NCBI GenBank assembly: GCA_963666275.2
Contig: CAXXOA010000002.1
Coordinates: 352,001-416,000, forward strand
Length of the DNA stretch: 64,000 nt
DNA from: Oceanispirochaeta sp.
GTDB lineage: Bacteria; Spirochaetota; Spirochaetia; DSM-2461
Direction: 5' to 3'
In this document: positions 59,594 to 64,000 of the stretch, piece by piece
Numbering within the stretch: the stretch's first letter is position 1
How the letters are laid out: every line of letters starts with the position of its first letter
Translations under genes and position numbers: made by a program
The notes under the pieces: generated by a model
Databases searched by the model: none
What the model was told of the DNA's origin: nothing
What the model saw: only the letters and a program-made list of their open reading frames with translations

Positions 59594-60931
59594 ATGAACT
59601 CCCCGAAATGGTTTGAAAACGCCCGCATTTACCACATCTACCCTCTCGGTTTTACCGGTGCTCCCGAAATAAATGACTTCCAGTCTCACCCGGAATCCCG
59701 GATAGACAGGGTCAGAGAGATCCTGGATCACATAAGGTCCATGGGACTGAATACGATCTACTTTGGCCCTGTATTTGAATCAGTCAGCCATGGGTACGAC
59801 ACGGCGGACTATACCTGTATAGACAGAAGGCTCGGAACAAACGCCTCCTTCCGCCAGCTGGTGGATGATCTTCATAAGCAGGGAGTCCGGGTGGTTCTTG
59901 ACGGCGTGTTCAACCACGTGGGCCGGGAGTTTCAGCCCTTTCGGGATTTGAGAGAAAGAGGGAAAGACAGCCCCTTTATCGACTGGTTCGAAGAGGTGAA
60001 TTTTGAAGAGGACAATGTTTTTCATGACGGCTTCAGCTACAAAGGCTGGGAAGGCCATCTGGAACTTGTCTCACTGAATTTGAAAAACCCTGAAGTGAAG
60101 TCCTATCTTCTGGACTGTGTCAGAATGATGATGGAAGATCTGCAGATAGACGGACTGCGTCTGGATGTGGCCTACCTTCTGAACAGAGATTTTATTGCCG
60201 AACTGGCCCGGTTCTGCCGCTCCCTTAAAGAGGATTTCTGGCTCATGGGGGAGATTATCCACGGAGACTACAATGAGATCGCCGGGCCGGACCTGCTGGA
60301 TTCGGCTACAAACTATGAGTGCTACAAAGGGCTCTACTCCAGCCATAACGACTACAATCTGCACGAAATCGCCTGGTCCCTGAATCGGCAGTTCGGTGAT
60401 CAGGGAATCTACAGGGATCTGAAGCTCTATAACTTCCTGGACAACCACGATGTGGACAGGATAGCTTCGGTTCTTGAAAATCCAGGCCAGCTGCCCGCCC
60501 TTTATGCCCTTCTGTTCATGATGCCCGGAATCCCTTCGGTCTACTACGGATCCGAATGGCTGTACCGGGGTAAGAGGACCGGCTATGACGACAAAGCCCT
60601 GCGTCCCTCCATCGATGACATTCCGAAAGAGGACAGGTCTCTGGTGGATCAGATACGCCTTTTCTCCCATATCCGGGAGGAGCATAAATCCCTCTCTCTG
60701 GGTAAGTTCACTCCACTTGAAACAGAGTCGGAACAGATGATGTTTGCCAGACAGCACAAAGAGGAGACCCTTGTTTTTGCCATGAATATCTGCGGCTCCC
60801 GGGTTCTGATTCCTCAAAACCACTTCGACTGCCTGGAAAACCTTTTCGACCCGAGAGAAATGATCCCCCGGCAGGGGCAGTTCGAACTGTATCCCTACGG
60901 ATGGAAAATATTTAAATATCCCTGTTCCTGA
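59594..60931 (+). CDS. GH13 alpha-amylase family glycosidase (cyclomaltodextrinase-like)
   Basis: [30 protein letters not shown]. Confidence 0.92.
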   Translation: MNSPKWFENARIYHIYPLGFTGAPEINDFQSHPESRIDRVREILDHIRSMGLNTIYFGPVFESVSHGYDTADYTCIDRRLGTNASFRQLVDDLHKQGVRVVLDGVFNHVGREFQPFRDLRERGKDSPFIDWFEEVNFEEDNVFHDGFSYKGWEGHLELVSLNLKNPEVKSYLLDCVRMMMEDLQIDGLRLDVAYLLNRDFIAELARFCRSLKEDFWLMGEIIHGDYNEIAGPDLLDSATNYECYKGLYSSHNDYNLHEIAWSLNRQFGDQGIYRDLKLYNFLDNHDVDRIASVLENPGQLPALYALLFMMPGIPSVYYGSEWLYRGKRTGYDDKALRPSIDDIPKEDRSLVDQIRLFSHIREEHKSLSLGKFTPLETESEQMMFARQHKEETLVFAMNICGSRVLIPQNHFDCLENLFDPREMIPRQGQFELYPYGWKIFKYPCS

Positions 60932-61011
60932 CACCCTGGCTGTTTACCATCGTTTTTCTCTTCAGCTATAATTCCCCGAATTCAAATATTTGCTGTCAAA
61001 AAGGAAAAACA

Positions 61012-61569
61012 ATGAGTGACAACATGACAATTACTGACAGAACAGCCAACCCCGCTCCCCTGGGACTGATGGGTTTTGGTATGACAACAGTTCTGCTGAA
61101 CCTGCACAACGCGGGATTCTTCCCCCTGGATGCGATGATTCTGGGTATGGGAATTTTCTACGGAGGCCTGGCTCAGGTTATTGCGGGAATAATGGAATGG
61201 AAGAAGGGCAATACCTTCGGAACAACAGCTTTTACTTCTTACGGATTTTTCTGGCTCTCTCTGGTAGCCCTGAAAACCCTTCCAGCCATGGGACTGGCGG
61301 TAGCTCCGGGAATACCGGCTATGGCATCCTATCTGATTATGTGGGGAATTTTTACAGGAGTCCTTTTCGTGGGAACCTTGAAACTCAGCCGGGAACTGCA
61401 GGTAGTATTCGGGACTCTGACTCTCCTGTTCTTTCTCCTGGCTCTGGGAGATATCACAGAGAATCATGGCATAAAGACTTTTACAGGTTTTGAAGGGATA
61501 CTCTGCGGACTCTCTGCCATCTATGCCGGTCTTTCTCAGGTAATAAAAGAACTTTACAGCAAAAAGTAA
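61012..61569 (+). CDS. satP: Acetate/succinate uptake transporter (GPR1/FUN34/YaaH)
   Basis: [30 protein letters not shown]. Confidence 0.93.
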   Translation: MSDNMTITDRTANPAPLGLMGFGMTTVLLNLHNAGFFPLDAMILGMGIFYGGLAQVIAGIMEWKKGNTFGTTAFTSYGFFWLSLVALKTLPAMGLAVAPGIPAMASYLIMWGIFTGVLFVGTLKLSRELQVVFGTLTLLFFLLALGDITENHGIKTFTGFEGILCGLSAIYAGLSQVIKELYSKK

Positions 61570-61587
61570 GGGATATCTTTTTAAATG

Positions 61588-61621
61588 AAAAAGGCTTCGA
61601 CCGGTGTCGAAGCCTTTTTTT
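61588..61621. terminator. Bidirectional terminator between satP and lepB
   Basis: AAAAAGGCTTCGAC/GTCGAAGCCTTTTT. Confidence 0.85.
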
Positions 61622-61622
61622 A

Positions 61623-63371
61623 TCAGGGGATTCCTATTCTGTGCACCGGGAACAACCGGAATATAACAAAACCTTCTATCCCCGATTCATCGATGGTAAT
61701 GGGATGAAGAAGGGAGCGGTAAACCAGGGAACTTTCTTCCTCTTTGATGAAGAACCTGTCTTCCGAGTGGAGGCCGTGGCGGAGATCCACAGAATTGTAT
61801 CTGTTGTCTCCCATCAGAAAGTAGTGGTCTTTCTGGATCAGGGCATTCTCAGGGAAGGGAGGCAGGTTTCTGAAATCATAGTACCGTATCAGGTATTTCA
61901 TGAATTCCCCCAGAGCCTCTTCCTGTTCGGCGATTGAGTCCTGCAGAGTAGTCAGGTCGTTATCGCTTCCGTTAATAAGGAACTCCAGGTATTCCAGATT
62001 TATAACCATCCACCGGCTTACCAGAGATTTGTACATCAGGTCTGTTTTAACAGAAATCTCCCGAAACATATCGTTCCTTCCGGGGTCTATATCCTTGGTA
62101 AGAAAACCCCAGCCTTCCATCCACAGGACAGAGTCGTCCATATTATAGAGGAAGTGAATCTGGTCCTCCCTCAGATACTCTACCTTCTGAAAAGGATGAA
62201 AATCTCTACTGACCGAAAGAGCTGCTGTATTCAGGCCGTTATACTGTCCCCGGAGGCCGCCTTTCACAGCATCCAGATGGTCCTGAACAAGCCGGGACCG
62301 GATAACATCGGCCTGAGATGCATACTCCCTGATCTGCCTTTCTGTCTCAATGATATTCAGGCCGGCAATTTTATCATCCCACTTGGTCAGAACATCCCGC
62401 ATGGTTTTATCTATGGGCAGATACCGAAGCTTCTCCAAAGTTTCATCGGGCAGTTCATACAGATCTGTTTCGGAGTGAATATTCTCTTCCAGAACTTCAA
62501 AATCACTATTCAGATCCCGTCGCACATAGATAACATCGTTGATGATCTGAAGCTGTTCACCCTCAACTCCCACGACCCTTTTTACAAGAGGATCGGCCTT
62601 TTCGTTGCCGAATTCGTCATACCGGTCCAGGTTTACCCCTGTAAAAGTCACCATATAGAGAAACTGGGAGAAAAGGTGCTTCAGTTCGCTCTCGACTGTT
62701 TTCTCGTATTTGGGATTCCTGAAGGTAACGATGTCACCTCTCTCGATCTTTTTCAGAGCGGGAATCCGGAATCTTGTAAAAGGAAGAGAGGGACCTCTTG
62801 TGATTTTATCAACCACCGGTCTGTCTTTGATCAGAAAGACAGGGTACATGGACTCCGAGGGGATACTGTAGATCTGAAACAGAAAAATATTGATCACAAG
62901 AACAAAGATCACCGCAGAAAGGAGGGCGTCGATCCAGCTGAACACTTCAACCACAGGATGCTTTTTCTTCTTCTCCGATGCTTTTTCAATTTTCTTCAGC
63001 TCCCGGGAGTAGATGAAAATCTGATAGGCATTAAAGAGCAGAACAGCCAGGAGAAGAAGTTCCAGAAGGAAAGGAGCACCCAGCACCTCCGGATCCGTTG
63101 AGATCATGGAAGCCTTCATACAGTAGGACATATAAAAAATAAATGTCGAAAAAAGAAGGTAGCTGTTATAGATCCTCAGAAGTCTATAGGAGAAATTCCT
63201 GGACAGATAGAAAAAGAAGAATATATTTCCTGACAAAACAAGGGCTGAAATAAGGACATAAACCGTCGCTTTCGATGAGGGATCCATTTTCCAGGAAAAT
63301 AACACCTGTATAAGGAAATAGAGTATGGTGCTTACAGCCAGTAAACGGCTGTATTTATTGAAGTTCTGCAT
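61623..63371 (-). CDS. lepB: Signal peptidase I (S26), unusually large
   Basis: YSIPSESM (Ser), LVKRVVG (Lys), MGDNRYNSVDLR; extra N-terminal TM helices. Confidence 0.88.
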   Translation of the reverse strand: MQNFNKYSRLLAVSTILYFLIQVLFSWKMDPSSKATVYVLISALVLSGNIFFFFYLSRNFSYRLLRIYNSYLLFSTFIFYMSYCMKASMISTDPEVLGAPFLLELLLLAVLLFNAYQIFIYSRELKKIEKASEKKKKHPVVEVFSWIDALLSAVIFVLVINIFLFQIYSIPSESMYPVFLIKDRPVVDKITRGPSLPFTRFRIPALKKIERGDIVTFRNPKYEKTVESELKHLFSQFLYMVTFTGVNLDRYDEFGNEKADPLVKRVVGVEGEQLQIINDVIYVRRDLNSDFEVLEENIHSETDLYELPDETLEKLRYLPIDKTMRDVLTKWDDKIAGLNIIETERQIREYASQADVIRSRLVQDHLDAVKGGLRGQYNGLNTAALSVSRDFHPFQKVEYLREDQIHFLYNMDDSVLWMEGWGFLTKDIDPGRNDMFREISVKTDLMYKSLVSRWMVINLEYLEFLINGSDNDLTTLQDSIAEQEEALGEFMKYLIRYYDFRNLPPFPENALIQKDHYFLMGDNRYNSVDLRHGLHSEDRFFIKEEESSLVYRSLLHPITIDESGIEGFVIFRLFPVHRIGIP

Positions 63372-63465
63372 GATTTCCAGAATATGTGAAATTCCCTGTT
63401 TCTTGCAAGCTGAAAAAGATGAAATAACAGGGTCTATTGAATTTTTATCACCCGCCTGAGCCATA

Positions 63466-63494
63466 TTGACAGATTTCCGCTATTTCGCTAATAT
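63466..63494 (+). promoter_or_regulatory. sigma70 promoter of tRNA-Leu copy 2
   Basis: TTGACA-N17-TAATAT. Confidence 0.7.
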
Positions 63495-63509
63495 CCTCGA
63501 GTACCAATT

Positions 63510-63593
63510 GCCTGGATGGTGAAATTGGTAGACACGCTAGTTTCAGGGACTAGTGCTCGCAAGGGCGTGGAGGTTCGAGTCCTCTTCCAGGCA
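63510..63593 (+). tRNA. tRNA-Leu (CAG), copy 2, identical to copy 1
   Basis: Same 84-nt cloverleaf sequence as 43478-43561. Confidence 0.97.
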
Positions 63594-63596
63594 AAA

Positions 63597-63629
63597 AGAT
63601 CCAATCTAACCGATTGGGTCTTTTTTTTT
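63597..63629 (+). terminator. Terminator after tRNA-Leu copy 2
   Basis: AGATCCAATC/GATTGGGTCT stem then T9. Confidence 0.85.
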
Positions 63630-63647
63630 GCTTACGTATACAAAAAA

Positions 63648-63774
63648 CCTGGGAGAGGACTCGAAACGCAGGTACGGCGCGAATACATGCAGCGCAAATC
63701 GGCACGATGCCGATTTAGAACCGAAGTCGGCCGGGACTGAAGCCACAGGACGTGGCGGAGGGGACGGCGAGTCC
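63648..63774. repeat. Multi-hairpin element beginning with an inverted copy of the tRNA 3' end
   Basis: 63648-63665 is the reverse complement (17/18) of 63574-63591; internal hairpins at 63696-63716, 63721-63730 and 63742-63756; closing GGACTCG/CGAGTCC. Confidence 0.7.
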
Positions 63775-64000
63775 GCTTTAATGCCTGAATGGCTGGATCA
63801 TACACCTTTTGATGAAATGGCCGATTTAAAATTGAAATTATCTCTATGTAGTAGTGAGCCTTTCTAATTCATTCATATACGTATTGAGCTTTTTTAATAC
63901 ATAATTTGCTATAATATGAGGCTCATCTTTATTTGTGTAATGAAACTCCATGCAGACTTGTTTATGAGGCATGTCGACGAAAATGTCTGGAATGACGTTT

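Noticed and set aside
63516..63867. ORFs 63516-63740 and 63628-63867
   Set aside because: They run through the tRNA, its terminator and the hairpin element; not credible proteins
63964..64000. Possible gene start MRHVDENVWNDV at the window edge
   Set aside because: Only 12 codons are visible; cannot be supported

Overview
Chromosomal segment of a bacterium. The gene set and order (flgM, cheRB, lptCAB-rpoN-hpf-hprK-HPr-ntrYX-lexA-holA, HDOD and TIGR00282 genes, very large LepB) point to a free-living spirochaete; this taxon call is inference. Bases 1-43.4 kb are mostly housekeeping and signalling genes: lspA, aroA, htpG, nifSU, aspS, serA, rlmE, lexA, rpoN, cheRB. Two identical full-length tRNA-Leu(CAG) genes (43478-43561 and 63510-63593), each with its own promoter and a near-identical terminator, bracket a 20-kb accessory-looking block. 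That block holds an adenylate cyclase plus binding protein, a sugar-acid catabolic operon with a LytS/LytTR system and TRAP transporter, a GH13 glycosidase, satP and lepB. No integrase, transposase, rRNA or CRISPR array was seen. Best novelty candidate: 12223-13740 (-), an HD-GYP phosphodiesterase fused to a 6-TM module with an S4-like RxxR voltage-sensor helix, i.e. a possible membrane-potential-coupled cyclic-dinucleotide enzyme. Other leads: a multi-hairpin element antisense to the tRNA 3' end, a perfect 28-bp Rex/CRP-like palindrome before a degenerate rex-serA operon, a CTG-initiated 4xCxxC membrane protein truncated by the ORF track, several pseudo-enzymes, and repeated leaderless-type gene starts. 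All family calls come from motif recognition by eye; no database search was run.
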